Positions 35,790 through 44,318 are shown, counted from the stretch's first letter. The stretch: DNA of 53,307 nt from a virus (IMGVR_UViG_3300048855_000082:1-53307), one strand, 5' to 3'. The notes: a model not told the origin generated them from the sequence alone. Numbers and translations are program-made.

Positions 35790-36580
35790 CAGAGACCTCC
35801 CAGATTTTCAGCCCAGCTGGTGTCGTCGAAATCTGGCGCCTGGCCTTGGCCTGCCGCCTTGACTCGCTCACGCTTGACCCACTGCACCAGGCGATAGCAC
35901 CAGCCATGCGCCGAATCGACGGTGCAAGGCCGGGCAGCATAGAAACCCTTGAACGATCGAACTGCCGCATCCGGCACTGAGTCGGCAGGGATACCAGCGA
36001 TTGCGATTTGATCGGCCAAGGCTTTACCGTTTGGCTCCCACGCGGCGAACATGGCGAAGCGCTGGTTCGGTGCTGGGCACTCGGCGGCGGCGCGATCTTG
36101 CTCGGCAACCTCAGCGGCCAACTCGCTCTGCAGCTGCTGCTCTTCGGTTACTTGATGGTTAAGTGATGTATTGGGTGCAGCTGCTGCACCCCGTTCTGCG
36201 GTTTGCTGCACCCCGTTCTGCTTTGAGCTGCACCCCGTGCGGTTATCTGCACCCCGTTCTTTACGGGGTGCAGCATTTGCACCCCGTTTAAGTTGGAGGT
36301 CGTACACGACTGGGCGGCGGTCACGGCGATCGATGTACGCGGCGGCAATGGCCTGATTGCCCTCGCTGATGAAGCCCGCCTTCTCCAGCTCATCCAGTTT
36401 CAGGCGGACGGTGCGCTCGGAAAGACCGGTGTCGTCTGACAGGGTCAGCGCAGACGGGAAGGCCCCACGGCCATCGCTACCGGCGTAGTTCGCCAGGCAC
36501 AGCAGCACGTGACGGGCAGCAGGGTTTTCGAGAGAAGCCTTCGGCAGTGCGAGAGCCCATGACATTGCTTGAACGCTCAC
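35789..36580 (-). CDS. Replication initiator (O-like, HTH_36 N-terminus)
   Basis: MSVQAMSWA, VLLCLANYA, FPS..TL...TGLSERTV; contains iterons. Confidence 0.88.
   Translation of the reverse strand: MSVQAMSWALALPKASLENPAARHVLLCLANYAGSDGRGAFPSALTLSDDTGLSERTVRLKLDELEKAGFISEGNQAIAAAYIDRRDRRPVVYDLQLKRGANAAPRKERGADNRTGCSSKQNGVQQTAERGAAAAPNTSLNHQVTEEQQLQSELAAEVAEQDRAAAECPAPNQRFAMFAAWEPNGKALADQIAIAGIPADSVPDAAVRSFKGFYAARPCTVDSAHGWCYRLVQWVKRERVKAAGQGQAPDFDDTSWAENLGGL
36173..36288. repeat. Iterons / phage origin
   Basis: (C)TGCACCCCGT direct copies at 36184, 36206, 36228, 36247, 36278; inverted copies at 36173 and 36263. Confidence 0.85.
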
Positions 36581-37320
36581 TGCGCAGCTCCAATGTTCTT
36601 TTCGGCCAGGTAGGTCAGACCTTTTGGGGTGATAAGGGGTTGATACGCAGCGCGCTCGGCACCGGTCTCGGCGTCAGGCTTGAGCTCGGTCACCTTGTGG
36701 ACCATGAAGCCCTTGGTGATCTGAGGCTGATAGGCCGTCCAGCGCTTGGAACCGCCGCGATGGAATATCCAGCGATGGGCTTCAAGCCAGGCAAAAAGCT
36801 GGGTTGGTGAAATCTGGAGGTGCTTGGCGGCATCGCTGATGCAGATCGAACCGCCGGCCGCCGCGAGGCGATTAATGGCTGCGACCTTGGGGGCTTGGAG
36901 TTCGAGCACGCCTATCAGGCGCTGGGTTTCCTTGGCCTGGTCCGCGGCTAGCTGGAGCGCCTCGGCGTAATTAGCCGGGATGCGTAGGGCGCCTTGCTCT
37001 TCCAGCTCGCGCCAGCGGCGAACGACTGCCATACGAAGTGGTGCGCTGTAACCGGTCAGCAGACAATCGGTGTGCTCACGGTCAAGCAGGTACTCGGTTT
37101 GCTTGCGGTTCATCCCGTCCAAATAGATGCGCGCAAATTTGCTCACATCTTCTTTGAGATCGGCGGCCATGGTTTGAATGTCGCGCTTCACGTCCGGGTG
37201 CCGCTTTCCTGTGAGGGCGGCGATCTCGCGTGAAGACATGAACTGACGCGTCATGCCCTGACGGATAGGAGAAACTGACGAATCAGTCCGGGTATTGCTC
37301 TGGGGGTTCGTGGTGTGCAT
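36577..37320 (-). CDS. Rha-family regulator with ANT/KilAC domain
   Basis: MSSREIA.LTGKRH..V.RDI; P.NYAEAL; PKVAA; ITPKGL. Confidence 0.9.
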   Translation of the reverse strand: MHTTNPQSNTRTDSSVSPIRQGMTRQFMSSREIAALTGKRHPDVKRDIQTMAADLKEDVSKFARIYLDGMNRKQTEYLLDREHTDCLLTGYSAPLRMAVVRRWRELEEQGALRIPANYAEALQLAADQAKETQRLIGVLELQAPKVAAINRLAAAGGSICISDAAKHLQISPTQLFAWLEAHRWIFHRGGSKRWTAYQPQITKGFMVHKVTELKPDAETGAERAAYQPLITPKGLTYLAEKNIGAAQ

Positions 37321-37347
37321 AATCGGACCTCACAAGTGTTGTTGAAG

Positions 37348-37373
37348 AAGCCGGTCTAGCCACCGGCTTTTTT
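37348..37373. terminator. Intrinsic terminator-like hairpin
   Basis: AAGCCGGT-ctagcc-ACCGGCTTTTTT. Confidence 0.6.
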
Positions 37374-37385
37374 ATTGCCTGCGAT

Positions 37386-37808
37386 TTAGGCGGCCTTGAT
37401 GGAAGCCTTGAGCACGTCCAGCGCTTTCTCTGCCTCGGCGATCTCGCGCATGATTCGCGCTCTCTCGATCTGGTCAACGCGACCGTCAGCCATCGCGCGG
37501 TGCGTCTCGACGGTTACTTCGGAAATTTCGAGAGCGACATGCCCCAGTGCCTGGTGAACATCAATCGCCGGGGGCTGTTCCTTCGCAACGATGTCAAAGC
37601 CGAACCCGGCAGCGAGCGCCATCAGAGGGCGCATGTCCTGGGTGTGCAGCAGAATCCCAAACAGATGCTCGATGGTCAGGTGATGCGCGGCGTTGTCAGG
37701 GTTGGAGCGCTGCAGCAAGCTCACATGGGCGAGACACATCTTCCCGGCCAGCTCTTCCGCCCCGCTCTCCTTGATGGTGGTGTGGCAAGCCCGCAAGAAA
37801 TCTTCCAT
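37386..37808 (-). CDS. CII-like phage regulatory protein
   Basis: NPDNAAHHLT, ADGRVDQIER; follows cro. Confidence 0.8.
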   Translation of the reverse strand: MEDFLRACHTTIKESGAEELAGKMCLAHVSLLQRSNPDNAAHHLTIEHLFGILLHTQDMRPLMALAAGFGFDIVAKEQPPAIDVHQALGHVALEISEVTVETHRAMADGRVDQIERARIMREIAEAEKALDVLKASIKAA

Positions 37809-37874
37809 TCGTAAACCCTCAAATTTGTTTCAGTGGCTGCGTGCCATCACGCATTGCAAAATGTTTCTACCGGC

Positions 37875-38117
37875 TCAGCTGGCAGCAGCAGTTACCGTTG
37901 GCTCGTCGTTTGGGTACAGATCAGGCCGCAGTTCGTGGCGCGTGACCTGACCGGCCACCGCTCGCTCGAAAGGGATGACCAGATCGGCGGGAACACGCTG
38001 GTTGCGGTGAACGCACTGCCAGATGCGTGGTTGGCTTGTGTTGCAGCGCCGAGCCAGTTCCGCCTGACCACCGGCCAAACGAACCACTTTTTCGACGGGT
38101 CTTTCTGTCTTCGGCAT
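37875..38117 (-). CDS. cro: Cro-like repressor (YdaS family)
   Basis: GGQAELARRC..SQPRIWQ, VTRHELRPDLY; divergent from cI. Confidence 0.88.
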   Translation of the reverse strand: MPKTERPVEKVVRLAGGQAELARRCNTSQPRIWQCVHRNQRVPADLVIPFERAVAGQVTRHELRPDLYPNDEPTVTAAAS

Positions 38118-38148
38118 GATCGTGCCCCTATGAGTCATACACGGAATG

Positions 38149-38213
38149 ATAACTCAAGTTATGGACAAGGCAAACACATGTTATTTGAGTAGCGATAACC
38201 TGTGTTTTACGCT
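38149..38213. promoter_or_regulatory. OR operators (3x ATAAC-N4-GTTAT-like) with pRM
   Basis: ATAACTCAAGTTAT 38149, CAAACACATGTTAT 38171, ATAACCTGTGTTTT 38195; TTGAGT-17-TACGCT. Confidence 0.8.
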
Positions 38214-38220
38214 GGCGGGC

Positions 38221-38898
38221 ATGAATACATCCTCCGAAACCCTCAAAGACCGGATCCTGAACAAGCGAACCGAGCTGAAGATGAGCCAACAGCAATTGGC
38301 CGATTCAGCCGGTGTGAGTCAGGTGACGATTCAGCATCTGGAAAGCGGGAGAAACTCCACGTCCAAAAAACTGGTGGACATAGGCAGAGCGCTGGGGGTT
38401 ACGGCTGAATGGCTTGCGACTGGGGCCGACAGCGCAGCACGGCGGCAGCTTTCGTACGCTGAAGAAGCAAACGTCGAGCCCGGACCGCCGATAACCACCG
38501 AGGCACGAAGGATCGACATCATGGGAACGGCACAGATGGGCCCGGACGGCCACTGGGTCGGCTTGGATGATGCGGGCGGATGGGTCGAGACCTGGTCGCG
38601 CGACGCAGACGCCTACGCCCTACTCCTCCGCGGTGATTCCATGGCCCCGGCCATCCGTAGCGGCTGGGTCGCCGTATGTGAGCCGAACCACCGGCTCGTG
38701 CCAGGCGAATACGTGATGGTCACGACCACTGACGGGCAGAGCATGGTTAAGGAATTGCTGTTCCAGAACGATACAGGTGTGAGCCTGATGTCGATCAACG
38801 CTGCTTACGAGCGCCGGACCATTCCTTGGACTGAGATAGAGACCATTCACTACGTGGGCGCCATTCTTGGACCCAGCAAGGTGCTAGGCCGGATATAG
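38221..38898 (+). CDS. cI: CI repressor (HTH plus S24)
   Basis: MSQQQLA...VSQVTIQHLESG; GDSM, VKEL. Confidence 0.93.
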   Translation: MNTSSETLKDRILNKRTELKMSQQQLADSAGVSQVTIQHLESGRNSTSKKLVDIGRALGVTAEWLATGADSAARRQLSYAEEANVEPGPPITTEARRIDIMGTAQMGPDGHWVGLDDAGGWVETWSRDADAYALLLRGDSMAPAIRSGWVAVCEPNHRLVPGEYVMVTTTDGQSMVKELLFQNDTGVSLMSINAAYERRTIPWTEIETIHYVGAILGPSKVLGRI

Positions 38899-38953
38899 CC
38901 GCGGCGGCGCGTCTAACCACTAATATCGCATACTCAAATAGACAGAATCCGGC

Positions 38954-39883
38954 ATGGAAGCAACAATGGAAGACATGAGCAAAACCTCCCTGCAAATCGT
39001 ATATGACGGACCTGCCCTTCAATCTCATGAGATGGAGGTGCGGGATCTCGCCCCGGCGTTGCTCGCTCTCGGAGATCTATTCGAGGAGGCCAACGCGACG
39101 CTAAATGACGGGAGGTCGAAGGTGTCAGTCAGCGTTAAAGGTTCGTTCAAAACGGGGTGCTTTGCGATTGACCTTGGCGTCACTCAAAGTCTTATCCAGC
39201 AAGCTCAGGACCTCTTTGCTGGAAATCCTGTTACCGCCGCGCTAAACCTCGTAACCATACTGGGGCTGACTGGGACTACTACAAAGGGCGTTTTCCAGCT
39301 AATCAAATGGGTTCGCAACCGTAAGATCACCAATGTCGAAATAATGAGCGACGGCGTGGTACGAGTCTTTTGCGATCTGGACCATTTCGAAACCGAAGAG
39401 AAAGTTCTAGCGCTGTTCAGGAACTGGCGGTTGCGCAAGGCTTTCCAGGATGTAGTCCACAAGCCGCTTCAGCGTGCGGGCGTGGATTATTTTGCAGTTC
39501 GTGAGCCTCAAGGCGACTTCGCAGCTGTGTCCGAGGCTGAGGCAGAGAACTTTATTGCACCAGAGCAGGAAGAAGAGCGCCTGGAAGAGAACGACCGCAT
39601 CGCAAGCCTGCAGCTCGTGAATGTGGCTTTTCGAGACGATAATAAATGGCGGTTTTTCGATGGCTCCTCGACATTTTACGCCACCATTTCAGACGAAACC
39701 TTTCTCAGGGAAGTCGAACTGGGCGAAACCCGATTCGGTAAAGGGGATTTGTTAAAAGTCATGCTCCGCGAAAAGAAAAGCATGGTGGGTGAACAACTGA
39801 AAGCCGAACAGGAAGTTATCCAGGTCATAGAGCACAGGCGAGCTGGGATTCAGCTTACGCTGCCTATTTCTACGAGACAGTAA
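38954..39883 (+). CDS. Hypothetical protein downstream of cI (rex-like position)
   Basis: 309-aa ORF co-oriented with cI; terminator after it. Confidence 0.85.
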   Translation: MEATMEDMSKTSLQIVYDGPALQSHEMEVRDLAPALLALGDLFEEANATLNDGRSKVSVSVKGSFKTGCFAIDLGVTQSLIQQAQDLFAGNPVTAALNLVTILGLTGTTTKGVFQLIKWVRNRKITNVEIMSDGVVRVFCDLDHFETEEKVLALFRNWRLRKAFQDVVHKPLQRAGVDYFAVREPQGDFAAVSEAEAENFIAPEQEEERLEENDRIASLQLVNVAFRDDNKWRFFDGSSTFYATISDETFLREVELGETRFGKGDLLKVMLREKKSMVGEQLKAEQEVIQVIEHRRAGIQLTLPISTRQ

Positions 39884-39892
39884 TAAAAATAG

Positions 39893-39917
39893 GAGCCCGC
39901 CAAGCGCGGGTTTTTTT
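39893..39917 (+). terminator. Intrinsic terminator
   Basis: GCCCGC-caagc-GCGGGTTTTTTT. Confidence 0.8.
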
Positions 39918-39982
39918 ATGCCTACCGCCCAAAAGAGCACATCCGTACTCCTTCCGCTTGCGAATCTTCCTACGATAAAATA

Positions 39983-39998
39983 CTGTTCATCCATACAG
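39983..39998. promoter_or_regulatory. LexA (SOS) box
   Basis: taCTGTTCATCCATACAGta, just before the GGAGG RBS of the next gene. Confidence 0.85.
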
Positions 39999-40014
39999 TA
40001 AATGGAGGTACAAA

Positions 40015-40266
40015 GTGGCAAAGGCAAACTCGCTTCCCCCCGCATCACAGACCACCTACGGCACGCTGGGTATCCGCGTCCAGGCGGTTATCAATTCCCC
40101 CAAGGCCCAGAAAGACCGGTCTGCGCTGCTCGAGCGATTCCCCAGCGATCGGCCTGAGGATTGGGATCAGCTGCTTGAGGAGATCTCCGAGAACGACAAC
40201 GTGACCATCGCCCACCGGGACGACGGGAATGTGCAGGTCTACTGGACCGTGCCCAAAGAGGATTGA
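40015..40266 (+). CDS. DUF1654-family protein
   Basis: YGTLGIRVQAVINSPKAQK...DWDQLLEEI.ENDNV. Confidence 0.8.
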   Translation: MAKANSLPPASQTTYGTLGIRVQAVINSPKAQKDRSALLERFPSDRPEDWDQLLEEISENDNVTIAHRDDGNVQVYWTVPKED

Positions 40267-40280
40267 CGCCCTAGCCAACC

Positions 40281-40307
40281 AAGCCCGCCATTCGCGCGGG
40301 CTTTTTT
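40281..40307 (+). terminator. Intrinsic terminator
   Basis: AAGCCCGC-cattcgc-GCGGGCTTTTTT. Confidence 0.8.
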
Positions 40308-40325
40308 CTGCACGTCGAAAAATAA

Positions 40326-40419
40326 ATAACCTTGGTTATTGACAGAAAACAAACCTAGGTTATCATCACATCCATAACTTGAGTTATCACCTCAGGCCAG
40401 CGATGCCCGCTCTTTAACA
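40326..40419 (+). promoter_or_regulatory. OL operators, pL promoter and boxA
   Basis: ATAACCTTGGTTAT 40326, CAAACCTAGGTTAT 40350, ATAACTTGAGTTAT 40374; TTGACA-16-TATCAT; boxA CGCTCTTTAACA 40408-40419. Confidence 0.85.
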
Positions 40420-40844
40420 ATCAGACGTGACCACCACGACGTACCCATTGGGTCGGAACAAGCTAAACCGTCGTCCACGCAGCCTCTGGATAGCTGCCGG
40501 ACTCGCCATATTGCGAGTACGCCAAACCATGCAGCCACCCAAGAAAAACACCGAGCAAGAAATGTGTGACCTGGGCAGAGATATGAATCCGGCAATACGT
40601 ATGGCGAGGAACAAACACCATAGGAGGGCCCAGCCAATGAAGTACTAAGACCAGCCGGCAAACGGACCGGCAACCCACGACGGACTGCCCACCCCACCGG
40701 GCCGCCGAGCTGCAGTTGACAGTCGTGTAGCGAATATATAACCCCATGACCGCGACGTAGAAGCCGATCTATGCGACGTGAACAGGGAAGCTCAAGGCCG
40801 AACAAGCCGCAGCGCGAAGCCATCGGCGGTGTAGCGCGACAAGG

Positions 40845-40895
40845 TTTCACTGGCTGGCCTTGGATGCTCAGGGCCAGACGGGAAATCAACCGGAG
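40845..40895 (+). repeat. Hairpin plus RBS repeat, copy 1
   Basis: TTTCACTGGCTGGCCTTGGatgctCAGGGCCAGACGGGAAATCAACCGGAG; near-identical to 41423-41471. Confidence 0.85.
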
Positions 40896-41092
40896 ATTCA
40901 ATATGCATCACCCTCACCCGAATTCACCTGGCAAGCCAACGGTAAGCGCGCCAACCCTTGAAGGCCGAATCGAAGCAGCTTTGATGACGCTCGCGTGTCA
41001 GGGCAACCCCGGACTAGCTACAAAAATGGCATTGATGCACCCCAGTCCCGAGCTAGGAGCGTCGGGGTGCAACAAGTTCGCAACGGTGGTTC

Positions 41093-41323
41093 TTACTCAG
41101 ACAATTGCTGCCTTAGTAGAAGCTCTGCCTGCACAGCGCTCTGACCAGATTCAGCGAGAACTAGCAGCATATCTTGACGAGTTCTACGGGCCTCGATGAC
41201 GCCATGCCACATCCCGTTCTCTAACTCGATTACATCACCAGCCTCAATATCGCGATTCGATTCGTATGTTTTCGGAAGGTGCTTACCGAAGTCCCGATCG
41301 TGTTTCAACTTGTAGGTGTGCAT
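41093..41323 (-). CDS. Small antisense hypothetical protein
   Basis: MHTYKLKH... protein-like; overlaps + strand ORF 40903-41199. Confidence 0.5.
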   Translation of the reverse strand: MHTYKLKHDRDFGKHLPKTYESNRDIEAGDVIELENGMWHGVIEARRTRQDMLLVLAESGQSAVQAELLLRQQLSE

Positions 41324-41422
41324 TGCGCTTCGCCCTCCTTTGCAGGCTGTGTTGTGTGAGAACAATCAGCCTAGCGCAAGGCCCGTCACCTGGGCAGTGG
41401 TTAGCCGGCCGCCGGCCATCGA

Positions 41423-41471
41423 TTTCACTGACTGGCCTTGGAGACAGGGCCAGACGGGAAATCAACCGGAG
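41423..41471 (+). repeat. Hairpin plus RBS repeat, copy 2
   Basis: TTTCACTGACTGGCCTTGGagaCAGGGCCAGACGGGAAATCAACCGGAG. Confidence 0.85.
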
Positions 41472-41478
41472 TTAGCCA

Positions 41479-41676
41479 ATGGCAATAACCGCAACGCAGA
41501 AGAAAACGGTCCTACCGGTCGTGGTCTTCATAGTCTCTACAAGCCTTTTCTTCTGGGGCCTTGGCAGCATATTCGTGCTGTTCTGCGTGCCCTTCATGGC
41601 CCTGTCAATTGGCATACTGGGCGCCAACGTTGGCCCAGCTATCGGGCGATGGTTTGACCGTGACGGCTGGAAGTGA
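41479..41676 (+). CDS. Small two-TM membrane protein
   Basis: GGAG RBS supplied by repeat; hydrophobic. Confidence 0.65.
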   Translation: MAITATQKKTVLPVVVFIVSTSLFFWGLGSIFVLFCVPFMALSIGILGANVGPAIGRWFDRDGWK

Positions 41677-41873
41677 GCTCAGCTAAAGGGAGCGCGACGC
41701 CGCGCGCTCGAATCGCCTACACGATTACCGGGCATGACAGCGACGCCGAGTTCGACGGCGAGCTCTACCAGGGCCTGCTGCATGCAGTGCGGCACTTGAG
41801 CAGCGAGGAACGGCTGAGGTTGATCGAAGACCTGCAGGCGGCTCACGCCGAAATCGAAGGGACCAATCGTTAG
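41673..41873 (+). CDS. Small hypothetical protein
   Basis: GTGA overlap with previous gene. Confidence 0.55.
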   Translation: MSSAKGSATPRARIAYTITGHDSDAEFDGELYQGLLHAVRHLSSEERLRLIEDLQAAHAEIEGTNR

Positions 41874-41937
41874 ACAACCAGCGCCAGCGTCAGCCTGACG
41901 AAAACTGCCCGATGCCCTGGTCCTCCCCAGCACCAGG

Positions 41938-42322
41938 CCGCATCGGAGAGTGACCGAAGCGTGCCCAAGCGGGCTGCAGCGCTAGGATCGCAAAGCCCCG
42001 TGAATGTCCTGGGCCGGTACGAGCTGGACGGCCAATACCAAAAACGCGGCGGGAAACAAGCAGGCGTAGCGACCTGGTGTTCCGATCACTCTCCGATGCG
42101 GACGAAACTGCGGCCTATAACCGCCCACCTGCGTCAATCGCCCGACCGAGGGAGCTCTTAAGTTGGGAGGAAATGGTGACGGCCGTGGAACTCGGCGCCG
42201 GATGACGTAACCGGCAGAGCAGACGAATGCCCGGGCTGACGGGCAAGCCGAGGCTCGCTGATGAGCTACTGAGTCCTAGATGAGTTAGGCCATCAACCCG
42301 GAGATCAGCACCGGGCATCTGC
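41938..42322 (+). ncRNA. Candidate structured ncRNA cluster
   Basis: 16-bp perfect inverted repeat 41938-41953/42086-42101; two hairpins with complementary loops at 42228-42245 and 42297-42315. Confidence 0.5.
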
Positions 42323-42470
42323 ACTCCATTCAACAGGTGGGCACTGCCTTCCCAGTGAGCGAACAACGGAGGATGACCGCCATAAAATAACAGGCAGATA
42401 CCGGCCTACCGCATCAGGCGGCGCCGGCCAGCAAGGCTCACGTAGGGAGGCCTCGTGAACCAGCGACATA

Positions 42471-42498
42471 AAAGCCCCGCGTCGATGGGGCTTTTTTT
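42471..42498 (+). terminator. Intrinsic terminator
   Basis: AAAGCCCC-gcgtcgat-GGGGCTTTTTTT. Confidence 0.8.
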
Positions 42499-42599
42499 CA
42501 CCCAGCGCTTACCCGTCAGCACTCTCCCCTGCGCCCAATCGGCCTTCGTCAGGTGGCCAGAGTGCTGACGAATAAACGCGATCCTGTTGGAGAAATGAA

Positions 42600-42866
42600 A
42601 TGCTCAAGGGGTTTGAAGAAAACATGATGCGGGTCAGCGACTTGTTGCAGCTGACCCGTGCGGCTCGCAGCGAAGTCGGCAAGCGGACCACTCGGCCAAT
42701 ACCGAAGAGCCGGGCGCGCTTCCAAGTATTTATCTTGGGGGAAGGCAGGTATGAGGTGGCTGAAGCCGAGACCGGCGCGGTGCGTCATACACTCTCTACA
42801 TACAAGGAGGCCATGAATTACCTGCAGTGCCTCGAGTCCTCGGCTGATCAGAGGCGGACGCAATGA
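42600..42866 (+). CDS. Hypothetical early protein
   Basis: GGAG RBS; coupled to next ORF. Confidence 0.65.
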   Translation: MLKGFEENMMRVSDLLQLTRAARSEVGKRTTRPIPKSRARFQVFILGEGRYEVAEAETGAVRHTLSTYKEAMNYLQCLESSADQRRTQ

Positions 42867-43177
42867 TCGGCGAGACAGTGCCGGACGAGCACAAACAGGC
42901 GATCGTCGAGCTCAGCGCCCAGATTGATCACTTCCTTACCACCGGCAACAGGATCACGCACATCGAGCAAGGCGTCAGCGCCAACGCTCCGCTGCCGGGC
43001 ACCACGAATCATCTGGAAACGCTGAAGGCCAAGCGCGCAGAGCGTGCACCGCGGATTCGCGCGCTGGCCGAGGCCGGCCTTAACGCGCGCCAGATCGGCA
43101 TGAAGATCGGCATCGATACCCGCACTGTCGCTCTCACCGCCCGAGAACACGGCATCACATTCACCGCGGCTACCTGA
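42863..43177 (+). CDS. Hypothetical protein with C-terminal HTH
   Basis: GLNARQIGMKIGIDTRTV. Confidence 0.7.
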   Translation: MIGETVPDEHKQAIVELSAQIDHFLTTGNRITHIEQGVSANAPLPGTTNHLETLKAKRAERAPRIRALAEAGLNARQIGMKIGIDTRTVALTAREHGITFTAAT

Positions 43178-43261
43178 TGCGGCGTCTGTTCAAATGCGCC
43201 AACCAGCGCAGGCGGCAGACCTGGCTCAGCATGCCAGCGCACCAGATTGGAGAACCACCCA

Positions 43262-43585
43262 ATGGAACAGACAGCAGCCGCAAAGCACGCGGCGGCGTAC
43301 CGGCAACGGCAGAAGGAAAAGAAGGCCCAGCTGGGGATCGCAATAGTCACGATTGAGGTTGCCCAGGGGGTAGCCGCGCAGCTGCCGGAGTTTCTCAAAC
43401 TGCACGGCTTCGACAATGCGCAGGAGCTGTATCAGACGCTGGTGCTGTACGTGCTCAGGGCGCCAGAGGAAGAAGCGGCTCGAATTCTTAAACCTCACAC
43501 GTCAGGTTTCATTATCACTGAAAGCGTGACGCGTAAGCTGAAAGCAGCCGGCCAGGCCGAGATGGACCCAGATGCAGATGAATAA
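43262..43585 (+). CDS. Hypothetical early protein
   Basis: GGAG RBS; AAAYRQRQKE basic N-terminus. Confidence 0.65.
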   Translation: MEQTAAAKHAAAYRQRQKEKKAQLGIAIVTIEVAQGVAAQLPEFLKLHGFDNAQELYQTLVLYVLRAPEEEAARILKPHTSGFIITESVTRKLKAAGQAEMDPDADE

Positions 43586-43796
43586 TGACCTAACTCAGGT
43601 GCAGGCCGAGACGCTACGGTTCATTGCTGGCTACGTGAAGCGTCACGGCTACTCGCCGACTATTGCGGAAATGGCCGAAGAAGCCAGAGTGAACGGAAAT
43701 GCAATCAGCGGGCAGCTTGCGGTTCTGCTGAAGAAGGGTGCTATCACGAAGACAGCAGGGATACCGCGCAGCATAAGGCCTGTCACGCAGCCATAA
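43578..43796 (+). CDS. Stand-alone LexA-type DNA-binding domain
   Basis: LTQVQAETLRFI..Y...HGYSPTIAEM...L..L.KKG.I....G.PRSI. Confidence 0.85.
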   Translation: MNNDLTQVQAETLRFIAGYVKRHGYSPTIAEMAEEARVNGNAISGQLAVLLKKGAITKTAGIPRSIRPVTQP

Positions 43797-43841
43797 CATC
43801 GAGCCACAGATGTCAGGCTCACATGACTTCGTCGGCCGAAC

Positions 43842-44318
43842 TCAAGGCTGCCTTTGATGGCGATAATCGACCCAATACCTCCATACACGCTCCGCCACGT
43901 CGCAAAGGTCGTGCTGCTTTCCGGTGTTATCAGTATAGGTCCATGAGGGCAGTTGACTGGATCCAGGCTCATCGGAGGCTGCTCGATCACGCAAACCATA
44001 GCTTTGCGGGTTGTTCTTCACATGTTTGACGTCGTTGGTCAACATGCGGCAAATGTCCAGCGCCTCGGCGGCTTTAGGATCGACAGCTCTAACAGCGCGG
44101 ATCAACTCCTCAGGGCTTCTGACGCCTCTGTGTTTGGCCGCCTTGTCGGTCATATGATTTAGAAAGAACATTGCGGTAATCAAGCGCCGGTATATGAGCA
44201 CGAATCTGCCGATGTCGACCGGCAAGTTTTCTTGGTACTCAAACCAAAACTCTTCAAATGCTGGCCCAGCAAGTTCTTTGAAGTACCCGCGCAGATCCCC
44301 AAGCTCAATCGTTCCCAA
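43842..44318 (-). CDS. Antisense moron, hypothetical protein
   Basis: 158-aa ORF opposite to operon, GGAGG RBS, AT-richer. Confidence 0.7.
   Translation of the reverse strand: MGTIELGDLRGYFKELAGPAFEEFWFEYQENLPVDIGRFVLIYRRLITAMFFLNHMTDKAAKHRGVRSPEELIRAVRAVDPKAAEALDICRMLTNDVKHVKNNPQSYGLRDRAASDEPGSSQLPSWTYTDNTGKQHDLCDVAERVWRYWVDYRHQRQP

Noticed and set aside
36173-36288. Short repeats resembling a CRISPR array
   Set aside because: Spacing of 19-22 bp, mixed orientation and location inside the initiator gene indicate iterons; no cas genes
40903-41199. Plus-strand ORF after repeat copy 1
   Set aside because: Has an RBS but overlaps the more protein-like minus ORF 41093-41323 by 107 nt; cannot decide, so not called
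42258-42300. CTGATGAG hammerhead-like core (also CTGACGA at ~41895)
   Set aside because: No correctly placed GAAA with stems I-III could be assembled by eye
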